From Octopus bimaculoides (lineage: Eukaryota), in assembly GCF_001194135.2 (NCBI RefSeq), contig NC_068994.1, positions 35,281,389 through 35,330,609 of the forward strand: a stretch of DNA of 49,221 nucleotides, read 5' to 3'. The notes below the pieces were generated by a model. That model was not told where the DNA came from. It saw only the letters and a list, made by a program, of their open reading frames with translations, and made no database searches. Made by a program: the position numbers and the translations under genes. Each line of letters starts with the position of its first letter. Within the stretch, counting starts at the first letter, position 1. Below, piece after piece: positions 37,925 to 49,221 of this stretch.

Positions 37925-40790
37925 TTTCCTGTCTGTTCGTACACATGCATCATACAGTCTACCTTTTACTCTGAGAGAGAGGCCCTTTGTCACCAACAGA
38001 GGTAAGAGCTCTCTTAACTTTGCCCAGGCTATTCTTATCCTAGCAGCTACACTTTCAGCACACCTTCCCCCTCTACTGACTTGGTCACCTAGGTAACAGA
38101 AGCTATCAACTACTTCTAGTATTTCTCCCTGGAATGTGGCAGAAGTTGTTCTGTGCACATTTTCAGTGTTTATTGCTCCTGAGCATCTGCCACATACAAA
38201 AACTATCTTCCTAGTTAGTTTTCCTTTGATATTACTGCACCTCTTATGTGTCCATAGCTTACACTGGGTACATCTTATAGAGTTTCTACCTATGCCTTTT
38301 CTACAGATCGAGCAGGGCCATCTACCTGAAGGGGCATGTGGTTTGTCTACCTTCTTACTTATTAGGACTTTGGTTTTTGCTAGGTTGTCTCTAAGGCCCT
38401 TCGATTCTAATCCTCACTTCCACACCTGAAACTTCTCCTTTTGTTCTGATAGTGACTCAGCAATTAAAGCAAGGTCATCAGCATAGAGAAGCTCCCAGGG
38501 GCATCCTGTCTTGAATTCCTCTGTTATTGCCTGGAGGACTATGATAAATAGGAGGGAGCTGAGGACTGATCCTTGGTGGACCCCTACACCTACCTGGAAT
38601 TGGTACACCTACCTGGAATTGGTACTCGTTGCCAACCCTCACGTTACTGACAGTGTCCCTGTACATGGCTTGCACAGCTCTCATTGACCATTCATTTATC
38701 CCTAGTTTCCTCATTGACCACCAGATAAGGGATCGGGGGACCCTGTCAAAGGCTTTCTCCATGTCAATGAAAGCCAGGTACAGAGGTTTATCTTTGGCTA
38801 GGTATTTCTCCTGCAGCTGTCTTACCAGAAATATAGCATCAGTGGTGCTTTTCCTTGGCACGAACCCAAACTGCATCTCATCTAAACTGACACTCTCCCT
38901 AATTAGTTGGGCTATGACCCTCTCCATGACTTTTTATTACCTGATTCAACAACTTGTTACCTCTGTAATTATTTGTATCTAAAGTGTCACCTTTATCTTT
39001 GTAGCAGTTGACTATGGTGCTGCTACACCAGTCATTGAGTATGACTCCTTCATGTATGACCTGATTGAATATACAGGTGACTAGACTATAGCTGACACTG
39101 CCAGATATTTTAAGCATCTCTACAGTGATTCCTGATGGGCTGGAGGCTTTCCTGTCTTCATACCCTTAATTGCTTTATCTACCAAGGTACTGTCAATTCA
39201 GATAACTGGTCCCTCTGTTGGGTCGACATTCGGTTGACTCTCTTTCTCCCATTCATTTTCTTTACTAAGAAACCTTTCATAATGGCCTCTCCAAGCCTCT
39301 CTCTTTGCAGCCTTGTTTAGTGCAAGTGAACCATCATCCATGTGGACACATTTCTCTCCTACGACAGCACGATTCTCTCTCACACACTGTCTTGCAACAC
39401 AAAACACCTCAAGTCTTTGGTCCTCATGGTGCAAAACATTAGCAAATTTTTTCTTACCTGCTTTTCCTCTGGCTAAATAAACCTGTCTTCTTGCTTCCCT
39501 TCTGGCAGCCTGATACAATTCCCTGCTACCACTCTTCTTCCAGTCATTCCAAGCCTGTTTCTTTTCTCTAATAGCCCTGTCAATAACATTGTTCCACCAC
39601 CAAGTTATTTTGGGTCGAGAGGGGACTTTGCACCATTCACAGATCTGGTCAGTGGCCCTCAGCAGGTTGTCCCATAGAAACCTCCAGTTGTCTTCTACAT
39701 TGTGTGAAGCTATGTCCCCTTCTATTTCGTCAAAGGCTTCGAGTAATATGTCTCTAAATCTCTATCCATTTGCAGGATCTTTAAACTTTCAGACCCTTAT
39801 CCTCCATGCTGGTCGTCTTCTGGCAACCACTTAGCCCTGATCCTGAAGTTGCTAACTACCAGTCTATGTTGTGGGGTACATTGTACACCTGGGAAGGTTT
39901 TGGCATTTATAAGCAGCCATCTTTCCCTTTTTCTGGCAAGGATGTAGTCAATTTCGCTAGTGGGTCTGCCAGAACGGTAGGTGACTAGGTGACTGGCAGG
40001 TTTCCTGAAGTTAGTATTGCAAACCATAAGATTATTTGCATCACAGGACTCCAGCAGCCTGGTTCCCTCCTCATTGCAAGAATCAAAATCCTAGCCTCCA
40101 TGTATGCCATGGAAGCCCACTGTATGTTGTCCAACATGTCCATTGAAGTCACCAGCCACAAAGAGAAGGTCCCTGTCATTTGTCAACGAGGTAGTTTGCA
40201 AGAGGGTGTCATAAAATCGGTCTTTCTGTCCATTGGGTAGCCCCGGCTGAGGGGCATAGGCCGAGATAATGGATGCTAACCCATGATGAAGCACTAATCT
40301 AATCTTAAGTATTCTATCACATACTCTGACTACCTCGATTACCTTATCCACCCATTTCTCCACAAGAAGTATTCACGCCCCTGATCCTGTCTGTGTTCCC
40401 TGCCCAGAAAATCTTGTACCTGTGTTCTTTGCCTGTGAGGAACCTAGCAGAACCTCCTCTCCACCTTACTTCTTGGAGGCAGCAGATATAGTCACATCTC
40501 CATTCAAGCATCTCAACAATCTCACCAGACCTACCTTTCAGTGTGCCGATGTTGAGAGTGCCAGCCCTGAGGGTGTGGAAGGTATGGGCCCATGAGACCC
40601 TGGGACAGGGGACAGCAGTGTCATGTACCTGAAAAGAAAGCTCGCATTTGGCAGAATCCATAAATAGACAATAGCCTTCAATTCAACCTGCATACACTAC
40701 ACTATCATATTTTTGCCCTATATGATCACTACCTTACATAAGAGATAAACCCTAAGTAGGGGTGAGGATGGTGTAAAGCCTTTAGAAATG
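37925..40790 (-). mobile_element. Near full-length degenerate RTE-clade LINE (APE endonuclease + RT), 3'-truncated
   Basis: APE: TLNIGTLKGRSGEIVEML..CCLQEVRWRG, SAYAPQ, GDFNGHVG. RT: QFGFVPRKSTTDAIF, FIDMEKAFDRVPR, GVHQGSVLSSLLF, LLYADDLAL. Multiple stops and frameshifts. Confidence 0.97.
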
Positions 40791-40919
40791 TTCATGGGAG
40801 ACCACAAAGGATAGGAGAGGATAGGAACTTCTGGTACATGTGGAGGGGGTGGGAGGGCAGGAGTACCGCGAACAGAGTAAGGCAGTGAGAGAGGGGTCAG
40901 AACACGAGGGAGAAAAATT

Positions 40920-40954
<35 letters not shown>

Positions 40955-41142
40955 TCAAGATCATCATTTACTCATAGTGACCTAGTCAATGGACCTTTCA
41001 TGACCTCTAACAAAATATTGTATTGTTTGCAATTGTAATATAAATTTTTTCTAAAGAGTATTACATACATTCATAAATAGAACCATGTATGCATATTTAT
41101 ATACATATATGCAAATACGCATTTGCATTACATACATATATT

Positions 41143-41220
41143 TATTTCTTTATTGCCCACAGGAGGCTAAACATAGAGGGGACAAACAAGGACAGACAAA
41201 GGGTTAAGTCGATTACATTG
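41143..41220 (-). mobile_element. 3' end of the 13053-family SINE
   Basis: TATTTCTTTATTGCCCACA..CTAAACATAGAGGGGACAAACAAGG is the reverse complement of 13210-13273. Confidence 0.75.
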
Positions 41221-43956
41221 TGTGTGGCTGACTGGTAATGGTGTTTGGCTCATGATCATATGGTCATGAGTTCAACTCTTGACAGACAATTGCTCATGGA
41301 TACATATGCATGCACATTCATACACAGACACATACATGCACACATCAAGTAGTGATGCAGGTTGTCTGAAACTTTGAAGTCACTATCAATACTATTCTTG
41401 TTAAATTATAATTAATTTGTACTCTCTGAAAATTATTGATTAATCCTTTAGTTTAATGTAAAATTGTTTTAATGTGTGTGTGAATATATGTATATCTATA
41501 TTTACACACACACACACACGTATATATATATATATACACACACACACTTACATACAGGAACTATTATTTATATAAAAACAGATATGAAGAATGATCTTGA
41601 ATGATGATGACAAAACATGTCCAAACATTCACAAATACATACATCTGAGTATATACATATATATATATATACACACATGCACTCACACACTCATATATAC
41701 ACACACACATACATTCATTGCGAATGCATATACTCACATATATGAATTCACGAAATGTGTGTATATATACATATATTACATGTTTACAAATTACATCTTT
41801 ACAGAACAAGAGAAACAAAGATTTTAATGTTTTATTTAATCTTCTTTATTTCAAATTTATATTACAGATGACATGTCGATGGAACTTTCTGGATGGCATC
41901 ACTTACAGGAAACAGAATGGCAGAGGAAATTGTGTATATTTGTGTCACTGTGTGCATTTGAATGTATATATACACACATATATGTATGTACATATACCTA
42001 TATACATATATATATATACATATACATATATATACATATATAAATATACTTATATATATGTATGTGTATATACACACACGCACTTATATATGTATGTACA
42101 TTTTAGTGTATGAGTGCATCAGTTTACAGTTTGTTCTAGATCTGTATTATAAATTCATTGTTTGATATATATATAAATGTATATCATTCAGGCAAAAACA
42201 TATGTACATATATACATACAAATACATAAGCAAGTATGTATTTGATTAATTCTCATATTTGACATTTACATATACATATGTATATACAGACAGACATATA
42301 CCTATTTATGTACAAACATATACCCATAAATACAAACATATGCAGACATTCGCATTTGCACACGCATATACACATATACACACATGCAAATGGATATGCA
42401 AGTATTTAATATGAAATACCCGCAAAAAATAATATGAATAGTTTATATATACAAATATATAAACTATTATATGCATATGTATATTATCTAAATATATATA
42501 TATATATATATANNNNNNNNNNNNNNNNNNNNNNNNNNNNNNNNNNNNNNNNNNNNNNNNNNNNNNNNNNNNNNNNNNNNNNNNNNNNNNNNNNNNNNNN
42601 NNNNNNNNNNNNNNNNNNNNNNNNNNNNNNNNNNNNNNNNNNNNNNNNNNNNNNNNNNNNNNNNNNNNNNNNNNNNNNNNNNNNNNNNNNNNNNNNNNNN
42701 NNNNNNNNNNNNNNNNNNNNNNNNNNNNNNNNNNNNNNNNNNNNNNNNNNNNNNNNNNNNNNNNNNNNNNNNNNNNNNNNNNNNNNNNNNNNNNNNNNNN
42801 NNNNNNNNNNNNNNNNNNNNNNNNNNNNNNNNNNNNNNNNNNNNNNNNNNNNNNNNNNNNNNNNNNNNNNNNNNNNNNNNNNNNNNNNNNNNNNNNNNNN
42901 NNNNNNNNNNNNNNNNNNNNNNNNNNNNNNNNNNNNNNNNNNNNNNNNNNNNNNNNNNNNNNNNNNNNNNNNNNNNNNNNNNNNNNNNNNNNNNNNNNNN
43001 NNNNNNNNNNNNNNNNNNNNNNNNNNNNNNNNNNNNNNNNNNNNNNNNNNNNNNNNNNNNNNNNNNNNNNNNNNNNNNNNNNNNNNNNNNNNNNNNNNNN
43101 NNNNNNNNNNNNNNNNNNNNNNNNNNNNNNNNNNNNNNNNNNNNNNNNNNNNNNNNNNNNNNNNNNNNNNNNNNNNNNNNNNNNNNNNNNNNNNNNNNNN
43201 NNNNNNNNNNNNNNNNNNNNNNNNNNNNNNNNNNNNNNNNNNNNNNNNNNNNNNNTATATATATATATATATATATGTAAATATGTATGAATTCATGCAG
43301 GCACCAGCCCTGATATCACAGACACTGGGTATGTTACTTCTCTGACATTACAAAAGATTGTCATCTATGTGTGGTCAGCAGTTATTGATTGTTACAAGTA
43401 TACCAAATACAATAAATTAAATTGTTTGTCCAATCAGTTTTTTATTTTGTTTTTTTCCATGGTTTTTTTTCCATGTTTTTTTTCCATGGTTTTCTTCCCC
43501 AAAAATTGTTTCTACCATAATTTTTGTCATTTTCTCTTATTACTGTTTTTGTAAATTGCTGAAAAGATTCTTTGGATGCAATATTTTCACACATTTTGTT
43601 ATTGTAGTCTTGTCTTCTCATTTCAGTTTTAGACAATGGGATAGAAAAAAAATTATGAAGTAATTTTATTCACTGTATTCATAGTGAAGTTAAAAATAAT
43701 AATGTAAATTAAATGTACTAGAGGGCCAGAAATTTTAAAGGAGGATTTAATCAATTTAATTGAAATTTGAATTTGATCAGAGGTTTCATTATTTCAACAA
43801 TCTTGGAGGAATTTAAGATGAAATCGTCTGCAATAAGGTTTGAACTCAGAACATATAGGGACGTAACTAAAATACAACAAAACATTTTTGCTTAGTATTG
43901 TACTGATCCTACCACTTACCAAACTTCATAATAATAATAATAATAACAATAATAAT

Positions 43957-44583
43957 AGAAAAAAGATGGTATAAACACACGCCAGAAAAGGTCACAGAAA
44001 ACGAGAAAGCAACTCTGGGATATGCCAATACACACAGATAGAGAAATTAAGGCAAATAGACCAGATATAGTTGTCAAAGATCATGAAGAAAAAAAATGCT
44101 TTCAAATTGATGTATCAATACCAGCAGATGACAACGTTTCTCTAAAAGAAATGGAAAAACTTTCAAAATACAAAGACCTGGAAATAGAGATAACTCGAAT
44201 GTGGAATCTATAAACAGAAACAATTCCTATCATAGTAGGTGCCATAGGTATAATAAAAAAATATTCAGACAAATACATAACAAAAATAGCAGGACTTACA
44301 AATATATATAACATACAGAAAATTGCACTACTGGGTACTGCACACATTCTACGCAAAACACTTTCAATACAGTAAACATAAATAATAGTAGTGATAATCA
44401 GGACTTACAAATATATATAACATACAGAAAATTGCACTACTGGGCACTGCACACATCCTACGCAAAACACTTTCAATACAGTAAACATAAGAGCACCACA
44501 GCAAACCACAGCACATACCCAAGGCACACAGAGCTGCGCTCGGTAGTGAAGTGAAAGCACGTTATAAAAATAAAACTACTGAA
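43957..44583 (+). mobile_element. 5'-truncated non-LTR retrotransposon with REL endonuclease (R4/Dong-like) in a (TAA)n array
   Basis: RWYKHTPEKV..LWDMPIHTDREIKANRPDIVV..IDVSIP..KEMEKLSKYKDL..IPIIVGAIG..QKIALLGTAHILRKTL; PD..D-type REL signature; (AAT)n on both flanks. Confidence 0.92.
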
Positions 44584-44619
44584 CAATAATAATAATAATA
44601 ACAATAATAATAATAATAA

Positions 44620-45115
44620 TAATCCTTTCTACTAAAGGCACAAGGTCAGAAATTTTGGGGGAGAGGGCGAGTTGGTTATATGAACCTGTGTGCACAACTG
44701 GTGCTTATTTTATTGACCCCCTAGATAATAAAAGGCAAATTTAACCTTGGTGGAATTTGAACTCAGAACATAAAACAAGTAGAAATGTTGATAAGTATTT
44801 TGTCTGGCATTCTAATGATTCTGTAAACTCACTACCTGCTTCATAATAATAATGATGATAATAAGAACAACAAGAACAACAATTATAATAATGGTTTCAA
44901 ATTTCGGCACAAGGCTGGCAATTTTAGTGGAAGTAAGCAAGATGATTACATCAATACCTGTGCTAAACTGGTGCTTATTTTATCAGCCTGAAAGGATGGT
45001 AGACAGAGTTGACCCCAGCAGAATTTGAACTGAAAATGTAGTGAATTGGAAGAAATACCACTAAACATTTTGTCCAATGTGCTAATAATTCTGCCAGCTC
45101 ACCACCTTAATAATA
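44620..45115 (-). mobile_element. Two tandem degenerate 13053-family SINEs
   Basis: Each contains the reverse of GAGTTCAAATTCC..GACTTTGC..TTTC and ends at GCCAGCTCACC/ACCT, separated by (AAT)n. Confidence 0.7.
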
Positions 45116-45129
45116 AAAGGAAACCTCCA

Positions 45130-45440
45130 AAACACTGGCATTCTGTCAGTTACGACAATGAGTTTTCCAGAATCTGCTTGTGAAATTAACATGCAAGTAG
45201 CTGAGTATTCCACAAACATGTGTATCCTTAACAAAGTTCTCGGGGAGATTCAGTGTGACACAGAATGTGACATGGTTGGCCCTTTGAAATACAGGTACAA
45301 CTCATTTTTACTAGCTGAGTGGACTGGAGAAACACGAAATAAAGTGTCTTTCTCAAGGATACAACATGCCACCAGGAAGTGAACTCACAACCTTAGGATC
45401 GTAAGTTGAATACCCCTACCACTAAGCCATATGCCTTCAC
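45130..45440 (-). mobile_element. tRNA-derived SINE (family of 17935)
   Basis: Minus head GTGAAGGCATATGGCTTAGTGGTAGGG..GGTTGTGAGTTCACTTCC; CTTGAGAAAGACACTTTATTTC. Confidence 0.8.
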
Positions 45441-45459
45441 AATAATAATAATTATAATA

Positions 45460-45658
45460 ATAATCCTTTCTACTATAGGCACAAGACCTGAAATTTGGGG
45501 GGGGGGCATAATCAATTACATTGACCCCAGTGTTTCACTAATACTTAATTTATTGACTCCAAAAGGATGAAAGGCAAAGTCAACCTCGGTGGAATTTGAA
45601 CTATGATTGTAAGGATGGATGAAATGTTGCTAAGCAATGTGCCAAGCGTTCTAACAAC

Positions 45659-45660
<2 letters not shown>
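45460..45660 (-). mobile_element. 13053-family SINE fragment between (AAT)n runs
   Basis: GAAAGGCAAAGTCAACCTCGGTGGAATTTGAAC reverse-matches 13130-13165. Confidence 0.75.
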
Positions 45661-45692
<32 letters not shown>

Positions 45693-46439
45693 GCAACAAC
45701 AGCAATAATAATAATAATAATAATTTTAACAATAATAATTATTATCATATATTCAAGCAAGAAGTTATTGGCAAGTAGAATAAGTGGGGTCCTGTTCAAG
45801 CACCAAACACAGTTTTTTATTTATTAAAGCACCTTTATGTCATTCTAGATTTGCTGCTTGGGAGTTACATGAGTCACATTTCCAGTAATAACATTTATTA
45901 CTTCATCCTTAGAAAATATATTGTAGAGGAAATTGTGAGTGAGATACGTCAAGTGTCTCAACTAACCAACCAAACTATGCCACACCACACACCACCCAAT
46001 CGATGAGACATGATTTAGGATATAAAGATCATATCAGATCATAATATCCTATCTGTTTATCACTGCCTCTTTATTCTGCCTGTGATGTTGATTGGATCTG
46101 ATTTTTGTAAATTTTGTGTTTGATGTAGCTATGAGATAGGATATGGCCAAAAAGCCACCATATGGATAATAATAAAAAGATTATGAACATTTCCTATCTT
46201 AGAATATGAAAATCCTTTTAGTTTATTATAGCTGATGTCATTTTTGCTGGCTACTTAGAAATAACCCTATTACTGTTTGTAAGCACTTACATATGAATCT
46301 CATTAACAGCCTTATATGATAACAAACTGGAGAATTCATTTTATGTAGGACTAGATTGTATATGGTTCGGTTCAATATTGCAGGCTTTGCTATCTTGTAT
46401 GGAAGTGCAGTGAAGTAAGTCTCTCTGGATGTTACTCTC

Positions 46440-46660
46440 TTCAAGCCCTAGGACTCATAGGGCCAGTTACTCAGTTTTCATGGTGTATAAGTAACTGAGG
46501 TTATACCATTCTTTCAGGGTTACTCATTTACAGCTGAATGAACTGGAGCAATATGAAAATAAAGTGTTTTTCTCAAGAACAAAATGCACCATCCGGTCTT
46601 GGAATTGAAACCATTCTTATGATCATGAGTGGAACTCCCCAACCATTAGGCCACATGCCT
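46440..46660 (-). mobile_element. Degenerate SINE (17935/45130 family)
   Basis: GAACTGGAGCAA..AAATAAAGTGT..TCTCAAG and head-like CATTAGGCCACATGCC. Confidence 0.6.
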
Positions 46661-46800
46661 GAAGATGAAGATACAATCCAAAAACATAGTGACTGAGAAT
46701 CTTTGTTATGTCATATCTCAGTTTGTGGAGGGAATATGGAAGAGAGAATAAAATGTTTTTTGCCAGAAAATTGTATTATATATAACCTCAGTTCATCTAG

Positions 46801-47062
46801 ATGTCGGCAACAGGGATTATTACCCTTTGTCCTATCCATAAAGAGATTTATCCTTCAATTACTAAGTGCCATGAAGCTGGAATTAATTGCATAGCTCTTA
46901 CAAGTAGTTTTCTCAGTGATGTGATTAATTTGTTACCCAGTGTACCCAACTCACACTTGAGCGTGAATTTAGCAAAGTTCAATCTGTTGCAAGCATTCAA
47001 ACCAGGTTCTAGTCAGAGAATAATTTCCTTCTCTCCTGCCAATCCCATATACTTTGAAAAAG
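46801..47062 (+). CDS. Candidate exon encoding a HAD-superfamily motif II-like segment
   Basis: 87 open codons ..[32 protein letters not shown]; preceded by TAG| (or CAG| at 46813), ends AAAG|GTTATG before microsatellite. Family resemblance is by eye only. Confidence 0.4.
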
Positions 47063-47173
47063 GTTATGGATGCTGCTTTTATTTAGTTTTACTGATTGCA
47101 TGTATGTATGTAAGTGTGAGTGTATCTGTTTACCTGTCTATGCATGTATATATACATCTCTGTGTGTATGCAT

Positions 47174-47177
<4 letters not shown>

Positions 47178-47266
<89 letters not shown>
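47178..47266. repeat. (TA)n microsatellite
   Basis: Directly visible. Confidence 0.95.
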
Positions 47267-47270
<4 letters not shown>

Positions 47271-47864
47271 TACATACACACATACATGCAGGCTTGCACA
47301 CTCACACATTCAGGGAGACAATCATGTGCCCAAAACATCTTCCAGGTTTTTGGAATATAAATTTTTTTATATTCAGCCTTAATTTTTGTTAAAGACATTT
47401 TTTATGTGTGATTTTGAGTATGTATCTACTGATTGAAACCAAACAGAAAGATAGATAGATAGACAAAGGGATAAGACAGAGGTCCGTTTCCTATACATGA
47501 CTGAACAACTAAGAAGCTAGTCAGGCCCCAAGTTTAATTACACTGAGTCACATTTTGAGAAAGTGTTGTTTACCATAATCTCAGGTTGTCACAAGTGTTC
47601 TAAATAAAACAGAGTAGAGGGAAATTGTGTTGAGACCCATCATATAAACTACACCTGTAATTCAAGGGGGGGGGGGGCTGTGTCCTCTCGATTATGCTCG
47701 AGGATCAGGTTAAGTGTAGAAGTATTTGTGGAATATTCAGTCAGATGCATCATAATTCCAAGAGCAAGTAGTTTGAATGATGGAACAAGAATATTCATTG
47801 TTTAAATTGACAGAGGAGCCATGTTGCTTATTTTGAATAATTGTTTAATAACTTATATACATAA

Positions 47865-47887
47865 TTGCAGGCATGGCTGTGTGGTAT

Positions 47888-47918
<31 letters not shown>

Positions 47919-48120
47919 ATATATATATATGTTTGTGTGTCTGTGTTTGTCCCTCCACCATCTCTTGACAACTGATGTTGCTGTGTTTACAACCCCGTAA
48001 CTCAGTAGTTCAGCAAAAAGAGACTGCTAGAATAAGTACTAGACTTGCAAAGAATAAGTACTGGGGTCGATTTGTTCGACTAAAGGAGGTGCTCAGCATG
48101 GCCACAGTCAAATGACTGAA
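47865..48120 (+). mobile_element. CORE-like SINE with central deletion
   Basis: Head GCAGGCATGGCTGTGTGGT joined via (TA)n to the 3' half ending CAGTCAAATGACTGAA. Confidence 0.75.
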
Positions 48121-48154
48121 AAAAAAAATATATATATATATACATATAGTATGA

Positions 48155-48826
48155 AAATAAAGTTAGATAAGGCCAGTTTATGGGATTGCCTTGGGTTTTA
48201 AGCCCTTAAAAAGCTTAGCTTTACAGTTAATCATCAAATGGTAGCAACACCAAGAGATACAGCACTGCCAACACCCAACCACGGAGATACATCAGTTGCT
48301 CTGGGAACACGTTCAAACAATGCTTCACCAGCCACAGTTCCTCGTTCAGGATACTGGAAAGGAGATACATTACAACATTGGCCAGCCATCTATGGTAGCT
48401 GAAAGATGATCAGATTCTATACAAAATATCATGGAGAATCCTAGAAAATCCATAAACGGGACCAGCACTGTAAATTATGCATAGCAGAATGGGCAAGAAT
48501 TCTAAAGGACTCCCTCAACCTAGGGAACATCCTTAACTCCAGAACGGAAGTCTTTGGACAATGCTTGCATTTCAGGAAATTCCTGCTGGCCTATTGGAAC
48601 CCACAAGATAACAGGGTCACTTGCAATCGATAGCCAAAGGGAATCAATCCTCTGTTGTTGACATTAAGTACTGAGGTCCTTTCCTCCTCCATATTCTAGA
48701 AAGGCGACTACTAGAGAGGCATTAAGCCAACAGGTTTTGGGATCTGATGATAAACCATAAAGCTAAGCTTTTTATAGACATGAAACCCAGGGTAATCCCA
48801 TAAACCGGCCTTATCTAACTTTATTT
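48155..48826 (+). mobile_element. Penelope-like element remnant: GIY-YIG endonuclease fragment between inverted hammerhead-bearing termini
   Basis: RRYISCSGNTFKQCFTSHSSSFR..TTLASHLW*LKD..YKISWRIL and CKLCIAEWARIL..LNSRTEVFGQCLHFRKFLL; 48155-48239 is an inverted copy of 48742-48826. Confidence 0.85.
48733..48806 (+). ncRNA. Type I hammerhead ribozyme motif, core nucleotides intact
   Basis: GGTTTTGGGAT-CTGATGA(48744-50)-stem II with AAAGCT-A-AGCTTT apex-GAAA(48782-85)-CCC-A-GGG-TA-ATCCCATAAACC; ~11-bp stem I, palindromic stem III, GUA site. Confidence 0.75.
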
Positions 48827-48895
48827 GTATTATATACTGCTCTATAACTTAGAGTGTGCTTCTTTCTTGGAGTTATGTCTTACTGAGGACAGATA

Positions 48896-48932
<37 letters not shown>

Positions 48933-49221
48933 ATATTATTAGGGACAAAATCCAAAATTACAGGTAAAAAACTCAATGTTTTTATTGGTAGGTTAATTTT
49001 TTTAGTAAGTTTAAGGTTTTATATTACAATGACACGATGATTTTGATAAGACTAAATCAATAGTAGTATTTTAGTTTATTTCATAATATTATTTAATTTA
49101 CGACTATTAATATTTTTATTTATTTATTATATATTATATTATATTATATATTAGAATTTAATATTTATTAATATGTTTTATAAGATAACTATAGTTTTTT
49201 GTTCTTTTTATGTTGTTAGTT

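Noticed and set aside
38585-38625. 19-bp tandem duplication ACACCTACCTGGAATTGGT in the RTE RT region
   Set aside because: Ordinary slippage mutation in a dead copy.
46384-46414. 31-nt segment with TGCAG| and a perfect |GTAAGT donor
   Set aside because: No frame links it simultaneously to the upstream candidates and the 46801 exon without a stop.

Overview
AT-rich eukaryotic (metazoan) scaffold with many N-gaps and dense (TA)n/(CA)n/(TAA)n microsatellites. The repeat content looks like an octopus/cephalopod draft genome; this is an inference from repeat types, not a database match. There is no prokaryotic gene content, CRISPR, rRNA or intact tRNA gene, and nearly all ORF-track entries are microsatellite, gap or antisense artefacts. 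The window is mostly transposon debris: RTE LINEs (a near full-length degenerate copy at 37.9-40.8 kb, a 3' fragment at 7.5-8.5 kb and many isolated 3' tails), a truncated Ty3/Gypsy element (19.2-22.2 kb), an internally deleted Helitron that retains both termini (13045-16218), three mariner derivatives, an R4/Dong-type REL-endonuclease fragment in (TAA)n, several tRNA-derived SINE families and palindromic foldback elements. The most notable pattern is at least six loci, apparently unrelated outside the core, with minimal type I hammerhead-ribozyme architecture. Two have intact core nucleotides, one brackets a Penelope-like GIY-YIG remnant, and one lies directly behind a tRNA-derived Pol III head. 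There is also a ~4.4 kb nested inverted repeat and weak evidence for a + strand host gene with widely spaced exons, one encoding a HAD-like segment. All alignments and folds were done by eye, and repeat boundaries are approximate unless termini are quoted.
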